Below are positions 55,601 through 64,000 of a stretch of DNA of 64,000 nt, in pieces. The first letter of the stretch is position 1. The number at the start of each line of letters is the position of its first letter. Under the pieces are notes generated by a model. That model was not told the DNA's origin. It ran no database searches and worked only from the letters and a program-made list of their open reading frames with translations. This stretch comes from Tubulanus polymorphus (taxonomy: Eukaryota > Animalia > Nemertea), in NCBI RefSeq assembly GCF_964204645.1, contig NC_134031.1, positions 5,890,001 to 5,954,000 of the forward strand, given 5' to 3'. Position numbers and translations under genes: made by a program.

Positions 55601-58600
55601 TAGGGCAGAACGCACGGCGAATTCGTTTACAAATATTCCGTTCCTCTGAAATGCTGCGCGAATGCTCAAACATTCTCGGGTATCGCTTTCTGATAAGTTC
55701 GCGGTCATAACATGATGCACACTTCCTCCACAGGTATTGGCCTCGACTCCGTAGGCAGCGGTATACCAGAAATTATACCGAGGACATTGGACGTCTGAGA
55801 TGAGATGACGGTCAGAATTTCCGATGATTTCGCGACGGTGTATCACGCGCGTTGACGGGCAGTTTTTGGAATAAGTATAGGCGAAAATTGAGCAAAAACT
55901 GACAAAATTAGGAATTAGTAAGGAAAACAACTTTTGGGAAAATGAAAAATAATAGGGCCACTTGCCAGTCCAGGAATGAATTGAAGATAGGGGAGACCAC
56001 ATACGGTAACAGCAGGGACAGGGGAATATTGTAAGTAGACAGAGGACTGTAAAGGGGAAACAGCGGCTATGGATGGGAAACATTTTTGGGGCGACCATTT
56101 AAAGAAGCATAGGGCCTATTAATGCAATGGTGGAATTGAAGGTTTTGCTTACTGCTAACTGGAATCATGATGACAGTTAAAGATTTAGATGGGAAACTAG
56201 TTTTTCTGCATCAACAGAGAAAACTCTTTAAGACGACGCCGATTCGGCAAACATCATCGATCAGCAGCATCTTTGACAGACGAGTAGGATGGCAGACGCA
56301 GGAGTAGCCGAGGGAGTGGGCCTCGACAAAATAACAATTCGAATACCATAAACATGAAATAGAGCAACGCAACGATACAGTCGAATGAATGAATGAATTA
56401 GATAGATATGAAAATTCCATAGCAGCGGCGGATCTAGGAAAACTGGAAAGAACAGGCATATTTCAGATAAAGCAGTCATTTGCTACTACTTTGGGTGTAG
56501 ATAATTCAAAAATAGATAAATCCGAAAATAGGCCTACACGATTTCCGAAAGGATAAGCGTCAAATTTGCGGGCTTCGACGATCTTCGAATTGACGAAAAG
56601 GGCAACCTTAACGGGGAGGCAGGGGTACGGGCGACCACCCCCTAAATCCGCTCCTACGATAGGCCTATGATGATAAATTTAGGATTGCAAAGGCGCTTTT
56701 ACGAAACTGAATCTTTGTAAATCGATTTAAGTTTCACGTTTACGGCACACAGTTAAGTGAATCCGATTTGGTAAATCAACACGTTTGTGGAAACGGTTTA
56801 GTAAATTAATTTATTAAATTGCCACTAACTTGCTCGGCGAGCAAGTTAGTGGTGATTTAGTCAGCTAAATCCAACATGACGTCCTCTTCGACCGTGGGCT
56901 AAAGACATCTATTGCAGACCATCATCTATCAATAATTCAGTCACATTGACGCCCATTTTCTTTTGAATCGCGACCTTTAAATCGATTCATTTATGAAAAA
57001 CAATTCGATTTACTAATCCTTTCGGTTTCCGACATCGAATCGGATTTAGCTAAACTGAATCAGATTCAATTTCGTAAAAGCGCCTCAAATTTACGGATAG
57101 AATATATTAGGAAAGATATCGAGCGTTCGGCGGCGTTCAACCTTTGTCGTATAGCTATAGCGTTATCGCGAAATTAATTTTCGCGGCGTACAAAACAACA
57201 GCGACAGCTGCGCAAAAGAAGAGGCCTACACCAGAATCTGATGGAATATTTCATATCGGGCGAAAATTCCGCGACGAGTGAAAAAGCCGACGGATGTTTT
57301 TTTTTTCGCGATCGATATTTCGCCGCCATTGGTTTGTCGTGTCGACGGCGTATAACATAACATATGTGTCTCCGGTATGTTCGTGTATGTACATTGCGGA
57401 TACATGATCGGAATATCAAAACATCGATGCAATATTGATACACAGATCGGCCGACACTTTTTTCAAAAGCCAGGACGCGGGCTGGCATGTCGGTCCCGTA
57501 ATGCGGCGATAACACCATTCGAGACCATTTGCCCTGCGCTAAAGCGGCACGGACCGGACCCGTTTAAAATTTGGCTAGTACCTAATAAGACGACAGTGCG
57601 TTCATACGGAAACCACTCACTCGATGCTTAAACAATGCGCAGTGAGTCATTTCTGGGACCAGTTGCAATTCACATGCGATAATTTGACTGGTGCTAAAAT
57701 TTGGCTCGGGCCTGGTCCAACGTTTTTGGGTGGGCCAAACAGCTCGGGCCCATTTGGCACCCGTGTGAACGGTTGTTCACAAATGCTCAAAAATGCTTAT
57801 GACGCGGCTAATGACCCCCATCATCCAACACGTGTATGTGTATGTTTTTCAGTCATTACCGTCAGTCATTTACATTCCTGTTTTATGAAATGCTGGACGC
57901 TAAATGACTCCATCAGTCAATAGAGTCAGTAAAACGTCACTAGCGATTCGGCGTGACGTTTTTCTCAGAATAAGCACTTATCCATTCGTACGTACGGGAG
58001 TGAGTGACTTTAGAGTAGAGCTGAAACCGAATACAAACTCATATCAACATGCGCCGCGCCTGAGTATCGGGAACACTTCATCGCGTCACACACACGTAGT
58101 CGCAGACCTATCCCTTATATACTGACAACTCGCATACAGTCATAAATCTAGTGAAGCCAATCAACTAAACTAGTAATAAAAGACTTTATCTTGTCACTGC
58201 ACTCTTATCGCACTTCAAAGCGTAGAACGTTTTTCCACCATCAATTCTCAATTTCATAATCAAGGTCGTGTTGTCGAGCAAACTGACAGATCATCGTTAT
58301 GACATCATTTTTGCAATGTATGATCACGATTTCAGATATCACAAGTTGAGCCTTTCTGCTCTGCGAAGGATTTTTGGCGGGCGGGCGGGCACGCGGGCTC
58401 CCGAATGCTTTTCAACCTAGTCCTATTTTTCAACACCCTCCCATTGGGTCTTTTTTAGAATTACTTTAAAGTAGACATCCACCTCGCGGAATTCGCTAAC
58501 ACCCCCCTCCACACCCCCTGTACCTTCCCCCTCTCCTAATATGTGCCGAATAAACAAACGAGGCCCCTACCGCTACCAATCCCATATATCAAGCCGTGTT

Positions 58601-61600
58601 TACGCAGTTGATGAGAGAAATCAATTGGCTCTCCTATAAACTTGAAGTGATTGATTTGCAAAAATCGTTATGTAAACAGTGAAATTGTCCAACTTTGGTG
58701 TCATTCATCAACTCTAAACCAAGAAATCAAACATGTTCTAGTTGACTTCTTGATGTGAAATTGTTCAATTGAAAATTAAATGGCTGTGGCACAGGCCCGT
58801 TCTTTTGGGGGGGGCTGGGGTTAAGACAAACTTGCCTAAAATACAAAAAAGGTCACCATTTGAAAATTGAATTTTTAGAAATTGATAAAATCTCAGGCCT
58901 GTCCCTTGTACTCCCGGTCCGATATAGGCTTACAGGTACAGAAATGGCATTGAAACACTGCAAGCATATTGCCGTCAATGCGTCATTTTTTCGAGCGCTG
59001 TTTCAGAAAGGTCCACCAAGAAGGTGAATATTGAAAGGATTGAAAAACGAACTACCCATAATTAATCAGTGATGCTACGATATTTTCTAAGGACACTATA
59101 GAACTCATAAAACCGGAAAGTGTAAATGCAGCTTAACACACGCACAGTGAGGTACACACGGTGAACATTATATATCACTCTCGGGCCGCCACACCCCGTC
59201 AACGGTACTTACCGATACTAGCGTTCGTTCGGCGGACGACAAACGCTGATTCGATAAGCGAAGGTCGGGAAAGCTTAAAACCTGCGAATTTCAACCACAA
59301 AACGATACAGAAAAATACGAAAAACCTTTCACGATACAGGATCCAGCCGTACAGTTCCGAGTTAACATTTGACTCTTTAGTTAACCCTTTCAGTGCGTCT
59401 ACACCGCAGTGCGGTGTATCAATCAGTGATAGATTTTGATAGTACACCGCACTGTGATGTATTGATGTAATCAATAATTAGTAATTATCTCTCATGAAAA
59501 ATAGCAGCACCTGTCACACATAGTGAAATATTAGTAACTAACGATACACCGCGCCGCGGTGTAGACGCACTATAGTGGTATTCCTGTTATTCAACACACT
59601 AGGGTGGAAATTTTTAAAATTTTCAAATTATCTCCAGCACTATAGGGTATGGTTAGTCAGCAATGAAAGGGTTAAAACGTTGAACACGAGCAAATTTCAA
59701 CTCAGAGTTAACTCTAACTCACAACTTAAGTTACCTAATTCAGACGTTCACATATTGCATTACAAATCATAGCATATGTTTAATGAATAACGTTAAGCAT
59801 CGTCTTTCTGATTTTTTTTCATTTTGTTTAAAGGTGAATAGGAATTCTATTGCGTACAATATCAATTCAGAGGGAGGACTTACAACTAAGTTTCGAAATT
59901 AAGGACCTCGATAAGAGTTTGCAAATGTACTACTGAGCTTACATGGAAACTTAGTTGGAGTACTTAAGATTTGGATAAAATCTTTGCAGACTTGTGCGCA
60001 AAATTCGAAATGACTACAAAAAATGGCTCAATTTGTTGTCATTTTAAAATCAACATTCAATTCCACAAACAATACACATAACAGTGAAGCCACAGGAATT
60101 TCAGGGAGATTTTAGTCGGAAAAATGGTAGTCAGATATTTTTCATTATTGCTCTCCCACTTGACATTGCGAGCGCTGATATACCAGTTAAACTGTGACCC
60201 GCTTCATCTCATAATCTGTGCCTTTAGACAATTTCAAAACCAGTCCTCAACATGTCACGACATCAACTGTCGCTACTTAAGATTTATACGACCATTTGTC
60301 AGAGAGGAACACACAGGCCTAATCATATCAACCGCTATTGCGATTATACCGCTGTTATTCCTAAGACTGCTTTATGAAATGAATATCTAGGGCTTAAACC
60401 TGAACAAACAATTAATAAACATGTATCTATCGAATCTAAAAATTAAAATAATCAGTGCATAATATACTATCATGTCTGAAAAAAGCTTTATTTTATCACC
60501 CTCGTCTTTATTGTACTTAATCTAATAGTGTATAACTAGGTTACAGAACAATTGTACTGACTGAAACTTAATGACGACTTTTTCGGCTTTTCGTCCACGT
60601 AGTAGACTAAACCGATAATAGAAAATGACTATTTTGTGTGTGAAAACCTCAACGAATCAGTGCGTACAATCTACTGTATTTCTAAATTTCTAAAACCCTC
60701 GTGGCCGATCTCTTCCAGGGTGGCCACTTTCCGCTGATTGACAAATTCCCCGAGTTTTCCCTGATTTTCCATGTAATAATAAAACATTTTCTGAATAAAT
60801 CCAAGGAATTTCTTAAAATGTTTCAAATTTATTCATTTCTTATGAATCAAGTAGGCATATTGATAAAAAAATGTGTGGTCAATAACATATCCAAATTCCC
60901 TAGTATACCAGGTTTTTTGTCAAATTCCCTGCGTTTACCCTGATTATTCTGATTTTCTATTTTCCAGCTCAGTGGCCACCATATCTTCGGTTTCTTACTC
61001 ACCAAAATTGGAAAATAAATATTGTTTTGGGTAGAAAACTGCAACGAACGCTAACATCAACATATCTAATCTAAAATCAAGGGTCAGTTGCTCTGACGTT
61101 ATTTAGAATTAACCAGTTGAGTAGTTGACATAGTGACAATTAAAAGTTCATTGTTCTTATGGGCTGGGTTTCATAGATGTGGAAGAAAACGAGTCCCTGG
61201 GAATATTTTGAAATTTGTCAGTTATAACCATGGTTTCTCATTGTTACTTTGGTGGTTGTCACCCAAATTTAGGATTTACCCCTAGGGATAACTTTGATAC
61301 CCAGTCTATGAAACCGCGCCATGGTATTTATCCGCCGGTTATTTTTAACCAGTTTTCGAGCAACCGGCCCCAGAACTATCGGTGCACGCACACTCGCTAA
61401 TAAAACTCAGTGATGATCGCGTTTTTCCGAACAATTTTTACTCACAAAATCCGAAAATAACCCCGTTATAAATTTGGATGTCGGTAATTCTAAGGAGATC
61501 ACCGATTTTCTCGGGATTTCCCTGCTCCCCGTCGCCCCCGGTATTTCCAACGACACGGCAGACCTGCGCGGTCTATCGACTTTATGTTGCTGGAACGAAA

Positions 61601-63563
61601 AAATAACTTACCAAAAAAAAATAAATAAATAAAATCCGACACCGATAAGACCTTAACAAATAATATCCACAGTTACTTCTGTAAAAACAGTTTATAGCCT
61701 TACAGTTTCGAGTTCAAACTAAACCTCATCATCAGAGGAACAAAAAATACAATTGTTTTTTTTTGTTGGTTTTTTTTAATTTTTTTTGTTCCTCTGATGA
61801 TGAGGTTCGAACTAAACCTCATCATCAGAGGAACAAAAAAATACAATTGTTTTTTTTTTGTGTTTTTTTTATTGTATTTTTTGTTCCTCTGATGATGAGG
61901 ATGGAACTAAACCTCATCATCAGAGGAACAAAAAATACAATTGTTTTGTTTTGTTTTTTTAATGTATTTTTTGTTCCTCTGATGATGAGGTTTAGTTTGA
62001 ACCTCGAAACTATAAGGCTATAAACTGTTTTTACGGAAGTAACGGTGGGTTTTATTCATCGACTCTACACTGAGATTTATATCAGTTCACTGCAACCGAT
62101 AAGACCCTTTAAAAGACGCACACAGCGATTATAATATAGACCATCACTCAATATATCTTTAAGGTAAAATAGGTAAAATCTAAATATCACGATTAAAATA
62201 TATTTCACACAAGCGGGTAGGTAACTATCAACTATCGGTGTTACCTGCATAAGTGGATCAGCTGAAGTCGAAAGTTTGTCTTTTTCGGGTTTCAACTGTA
62301 AAATTCAGATAATTTCTTTAAAACGTTTTCGAGGAAATTGTCTCTAAGCTTATATCAACCGGAGAAGTGGGGTTACTTCACTAACATGCGTAAACGGTAT
62401 AGGCCCTATACGGAATCTAACTGTAACGGCCGGATATTTCATTTTCTATCGACTACACGCGAATCGTTGAAAAGCTGAATAAATATTTCAGTCTGATCAT
62501 TATTGAAACATTGATACTAAACCTTGAATATTTTTTTTTCACAGTCTAGCGCTAAACCGATCCCAGCAATCAATATATCCGATTATGAAACTAAACCACC
62601 AGTCCACTTGCTTTTGGTTAGTTAAGCATTGGAAGTAAGCTGATATAACGGGCTTTTTGGAAATATCTCGCTGTGAAACAGCGGTGGATCCAGCCTCTTA
62701 TGCTGAATAGGCTCGGTACTGCATTATCACAGAACCATAGAGGGATTTTTAGGTGTCATCCCCCAGAAAAGTTTCGAAATTTACCACCTACAGCATTCTC
62801 AGGACATCAATCCAAAATACTTGGAAAATAAAAATAAATCTGGCATTTGATGTCTCGAAAAAAGCGTTCTTGAAAATAAATCACAGGTAGGCCTACTGCA
62901 AGCTCAAGTGGTAAGGGCGGTAGGCTGGATGCGCGCCTGTGGAACTAAACCACAGACAGATTAGTAAGTTACTTTTTGCAGTCTAGTGTCTATTGTCTAT
63001 TTCAACTTTGCTGATGTCGGGTGGCCTAGCTCAGTCAGTTTTGGTAGTAGGCTACGTATCTGATACAGGTCAGCACTGTGATGGGCCGCTGAACTTAACG
63101 AAAATTTTCAATCTATTTCATACCGATCGAAGGTCATAATTCAATATAGGAAGCTGCCCATCTCTGCTGGCCCTGCTTAGGTCCATATCTGGTAGGCCTA
63201 TTTACTGCGAAAAATTGACAGTTAGACCAACCGATATCCTCTCAAGCAAAATCTAAATAGCTGTTCTATGGGAATCCGTACATTGCCTGGGATTCAGATT
63301 TACTATCCTATATGATGAAGTCTGGATATTCAACAGTCCAGTAGGCCGTACCTCCGTTCTGACCCTCTCAAACCAAGACAGGCGATATCAAAACACTTTT
63401 TGAGAACCCTATCCTTTCTATCGAGAGAAAGGCAACTCACCTGATCTCCCGGCTTATTTACAAGCCGAACCTTATCATCGTCGTCGGCCCTCTGTCCCGA
63501 CGAGATCGTGCCGTAATCCTCGAGTGGCACATTTACTCCGTTCGCCAATTGCTTTTTCTCCAT
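17968..63563 (-). CDS. ANO7: Anoctamin (TMEM16) family protein, anoctamin-7-like; 20 core exons, about 876 aa
   Basis: Exons in transcript order: 63563-63441, 52475-52391, 46554-46418, 45696-45589, 32843-32707, 31919-31751, 30955-30790, 30520-30430, 29172-29006, 27371-27289, 26195-26058, 25337-25142, 24368-24257, 23741-23589, 22972-22845, 22335-22130, 21794-21661, 21446-21356, 21237-21106, 18042-17968 (TAG). All GT-AG, phases consistent, 2631 nt. Hallmarks: [109 protein letters not shown]. Family assignment is secure. The ANO7 subtype and the first and last exons are less certain. Confidence 0.9.
18578..18637 (-). CDS. Candidate alternative terminal anoctamin exon ([19 protein letters not shown])
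   Basis: Strong ttattttttccag acceptor, open in phase 0 to TGA. Confidence 0.4.
   Translation of the reverse strand: MDYSSLDAERQEICMEDIP
19550..19609 (-). CDS. Candidate anoctamin C-terminal cassette exon ([20 protein letters not shown])
   Basis: tttttag acceptor, GAA|gtatgt donor, 60 nt open in phase 0-0. Confidence 0.4.
19936..20250. mobile_element. Short-TIR element (GGGATACCGG) carrying CTCF-like motifs
   Basis: Perfect 10-bp inverted ends. Its right end is homologous (inverted) to about 33705-33772. No clear TSD. Confidence 0.5.
20333..20614. mobile_element. GCCGCGATCACACG-family MITE
   Basis: TIRs AGCCGCAATCACAC / TGTGATCGCGGCT. Relatives at about 8113-8295, 24755-24845, 40635-40850, 42060-42160, 46741-46935, 47013-47200, 48583-48626 and 57500-57775. 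Confidence 0.7.
21881..22067. mobile_element. Palindromic element with two divergent degenerate hammerhead-like cores
   Basis: Arms CCAGCCAAAGATGT / ACATCTTTGGCTGG. Minus strand reads CTGATGATGGCT...GGCCAAAACGTTG; plus strand reads CTAATGATGGCC...AGCCAAAATGTTG. Confidence 0.5.
22470..22663 (+). mobile_element. piggyBac-like MITE family A (diverged, internally deleted)
   Basis: Degenerate TIRs and a body shared with family A. Confidence 0.75.
23186..23478 (+). mobile_element. CAGGGTGGCCAC-terminated MITE with 5-bp TSD (hAT5-like)
   Basis: TIR-like ends CAGGGTGCCCAC / GTGGTCATTCTG, TSD TTCTA, internal TTCCCTGA repeats. Confidence 0.75.
27593..27777 (+). mobile_element. CAGGGTGGCCAC-terminated MITE with 5-bp TSD (hAT5-like)
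   Basis: CAGGGTGGCCAC ... GTGGCCACCATG, flanked by TTTTT on both sides. Confidence 0.7.
32948..33236 (+). mobile_element. piggyBac-like MITE family A
   Basis: TTAA TSD and intact TIRs. Confidence 0.9.
34014..34307 (-). mobile_element. piggyBac-like MITE family A (diverged, reverse orientation)
   Basis: Reverse complement of the family A body, TTAA at both ends. Confidence 0.8.
34564..34657. repeat. (AT)n microsatellite, about 47 units
   Basis: Uninterrupted AT run. Shorter runs lie at about 13436-13456 and 21468-21497. Confidence 0.97.
35625..36061. mobile_element. PIF/Harbinger-like MITE, TAA TSD
   Basis: TIR of about 40 bp or more (AGCTAGGGACACACGAGCGTATTTTTTCGCCCGATCGCG), TAA on both flanks. 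A partial copy lies at about 18852-18925. Confidence 0.8.
37156..37455 (+). mobile_element. piggyBac-like MITE family A
   Basis: TTAA TSD and intact TIRs. Confidence 0.9.
38067..38403. mobile_element. Tc1/mariner(pogo)-like MITE with subterminal ~17-bp tandem repeats
   Basis: TA-(G)AGTAAAACCTC ... GAGGTTTTACTG-TA, with GGGTTCACTATA repeats at 38305-38390. Confidence 0.7.
39765..39778 (+). promoter_or_regulatory. CTCF-like motif CCACTAGGGGGAGC
   Basis: One mismatch to the bilaterian CTCF core CCASYAGRKGGCRS. Confidence 0.45.
40179..40217 (-). CDS. Candidate internal first exon or cassette exon of anoctamin ([13 protein letters not shown])
   Basis: ATG-initiated 39 nt ending AAG|gtaac, phase 0, compatible with exon 32843-32707. 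Upstream is an (AAAAC)n tract rather than a polypyrimidine tract. Confidence 0.35.
40334..40347 (+). promoter_or_regulatory. CTCF-like motif CCACTAGAGGGAGC
   Basis: One mismatch to the CTCF core; paralogous context to 39765. Confidence 0.45.
40901..40986. repeat. Tandem repeat, ~27-bp unit, 3 copies
   Basis: CTCTAATCAGTAGGCCATACCTATGG repeated. Confidence 0.9.
43187..43306. repeat. Perfect 60-bp tandem duplication
   Basis: 43187-43246 is identical to 43247-43306. Confidence 0.95.
43615..43914 (+). mobile_element. piggyBac-like MITE family A (diverged, with internal duplication)
   Basis: Family A body with an extra copy of the palindromic subunit. Confidence 0.8.
44156..44686. mobile_element. 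Second TTAA-flanked piggyBac-like non-autonomous element
   Basis: TTAA-CCCTTTGACTGCCAC ... GTGGCAGCCGAAGGG-TTAA (13/15 TIR match). Contains a probable nested small MITE at about 44195-44310. Confidence 0.7.
44791..44817 (-). CDS. Candidate anoctamin microexon, 9 nt (44817-44809, IYK) or 27 nt (IYKVRSMFE)
   Basis: acacag acceptor with a T-rich tract upstream. Two in-frame donors, AAG|gtaaga and GAA|gtgagt. Lies in a phase-0 intron. Confidence 0.45.
45840..46254. mobile_element. Three abutting copies of the CCAGTTGCACAGTC-family MITE
   Basis: Copies at about 45840-45980, 45984-46113 and 46117-46254, separated by 3-bp spacers CAG and GTG. Confidence 0.75.
47475..47965. mobile_element. Third TTAA-flanked piggyBac-like non-autonomous element
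   Basis: TTAA-CCCATTAGCACTC ... GAGTGCTAATGGG-TTAA, perfect 13-bp TIR. Confidence 0.8.
48245..48440. repeat. Minisatellite, ~34-bp unit, 5-6 copies
   Basis: Unit resembles AAAGTCTGTCATAACGCCAGAGCTCGTTAAACGG. Confidence 0.9.
49012..49245. repeat. Diverged direct duplication of about 105-110 bp
   Basis: CCTGGGGGCTGTG.CTGATAGGGG ... AACAAAATG ... ACCTGTACCAATTCA ... CGCAATAATT occurs twice. Confidence 0.8.
49290..51047. mobile_element. Foldback-type non-autonomous DNA element with ~570-bp terminal inverted repeats
   Basis: About 49290-49861 is the near-perfect reverse complement of about 50476-51047, which is why the ORF track shows the same peptide on both strands. It interrupts the end of a GCCGCGATCACACG-family MITE. 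Confidence 0.9.
52510..52838 (+). mobile_element. 5'-truncated L2/CR1-clade LINE 3' end
   Basis: Translates as [26 protein letters not shown]...[23 protein letters not shown]...[15 protein letters not shown], the typical L2 ORF2 C-terminus. Has a (TTA)n tail and TSD TATGCGT (52503-52509 / 52839-52845). Confidence 0.85.
56691..57085. mobile_element. PIF/Harbinger-like MITE, CAA TSD
   Basis: TIR AGGCGCTTTTACGAAACTGAATCT (one mismatch), CAA on both flanks. Confidence 0.8.
59213..59281 (-). CDS. Candidate additional anoctamin N-terminal exon (69 nt, [23 protein letters not shown])
   Basis: T-rich tract plus ttcgcag acceptor, G|gtaagt donor, 23 open codons in phase 0-0. Confidence 0.55.
59381..59675 (+). 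mobile_element. piggyBac-like MITE family A
   Basis: TTAA TSD and near-intact TIRs. Confidence 0.9.
60716..60983 (+). mobile_element. CAGGGTGGCCAC-terminated MITE with 5-bp TSD (hAT5-like)
   Basis: CAGGGTGGCCAC ... GTGGCCACCATA, TSD TCTTC. Further partial copies near 3620-3882, 33420-33453 and 35255-35535. Confidence 0.75.
61162..61320. mobile_element. MITE with ATG TSD nested inside another MITE (about 61081-61370)
   Basis: GGCTGGGTTTCATAGA ... TCTATGAAACCGCGCC with ATG on both sides. The uninterrupted host sequence is visible at about 7156-7270. Confidence 0.8.
61667..62048. mobile_element. Palindromic element with three tandem hairpin units and hammerhead-core motifs (Penelope-like remnant)
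   Basis: Outer arms are inverted copies. Units start at 61721, 61814 and 61909. CTGATGA-T-stem-GAAAC occurs at 61979-62010 (+) and 61735-61705 (-). Confidence 0.6.
62245..62295 (-). CDS. Candidate additional anoctamin N-terminal exon (51 nt, [17 protein letters not shown])
   Basis: ttttacag acceptor, CAG|gtaac donor, open in phase 0-0 between phase-0 exons 1 and 2. Confidence 0.6.
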
Positions 63564-64000
63564 TTTTTCGATTTTAATAAACAGCCTTTATCCGTTCTTC
63601 AATTTTGAAACTGGTTGTAGATCCCAATCATTTCGACGACGATAACGAACCGGTCTGCATTTTTTTACGAGCTCTACCTAATCTATCTCAGACGGCTCTA
63701 GACTCGGCTAACGCCTCAAATACCGAGCATAATTCAATTAAAAAACAATCTAAAACAGTGGACCGTGAAAGTTAAATGAGTACGCGGCGCCAATTGAAAT
63801 TAATTACAAGGATTAAAATGTGTGGGCGGAAAATAGATGACAGAATGCAGACCAGATGCACGACTAAAATCGAATCCACCACAGAGTAGTAACACAGCCC
63901 AGCGCAGTAGTCGAGCGAGACGTAACGATGTTTCCCTTTATTTCCACGCGATTTAAAACAACACAACCTAATTAATATATTCCAGAGCGATGACAGGCGG

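Noticed and set aside
55105-56098. Longest ORFs in the track (218 aa and overlapping frames)
   Set aside because: No recognisable domain, low-complexity composition, overlapping repeat-like sequence, and no splice sites linking them to the anoctamin frame.

Overview
Eukaryotic, intron-rich, AT-rich genomic DNA, most likely from an invertebrate animal. Most entries in the ORF track are spurious or are exon fragments. I traced two convergent spliced genes by hand with GT-AG sites and consistent phases. (1) On the + strand, the last 20 coding exons of a CCDC150 orthologue (182-11003, about 984 aa visible, 5' end outside the window). (2) On the - strand, an apparently complete anoctamin/TMEM16 gene most like ANO7 (63563 to 17968, 20 core exons, about 876 aa), with Ca2+-binding residues intact and scramblase-type TM5/TM6 signatures. 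The anoctamin introns hold several frame-preserving candidate alternative exons, including a 9/27-nt microexon, a possible internal first exon flanked by two CTCF-like motifs, and alternative C-terminal exons. Introns are dense with non-autonomous DNA transposons: TTAA piggyBac-like, 3-bp-TSD Harbinger-like, TA Tc1/mariner-like, and a CAGGG family with 5-bp TSDs. There is also a 1.76-kb foldback element with ~570-bp arms, plus L2 and RTE retroposon 3' ends. The most unusual sequences are palindromic elements carrying Penelope-type hammerhead-ribozyme core motifs, one of them as a triple nested hairpin array (61667-62048). No database search or folding computation was run.
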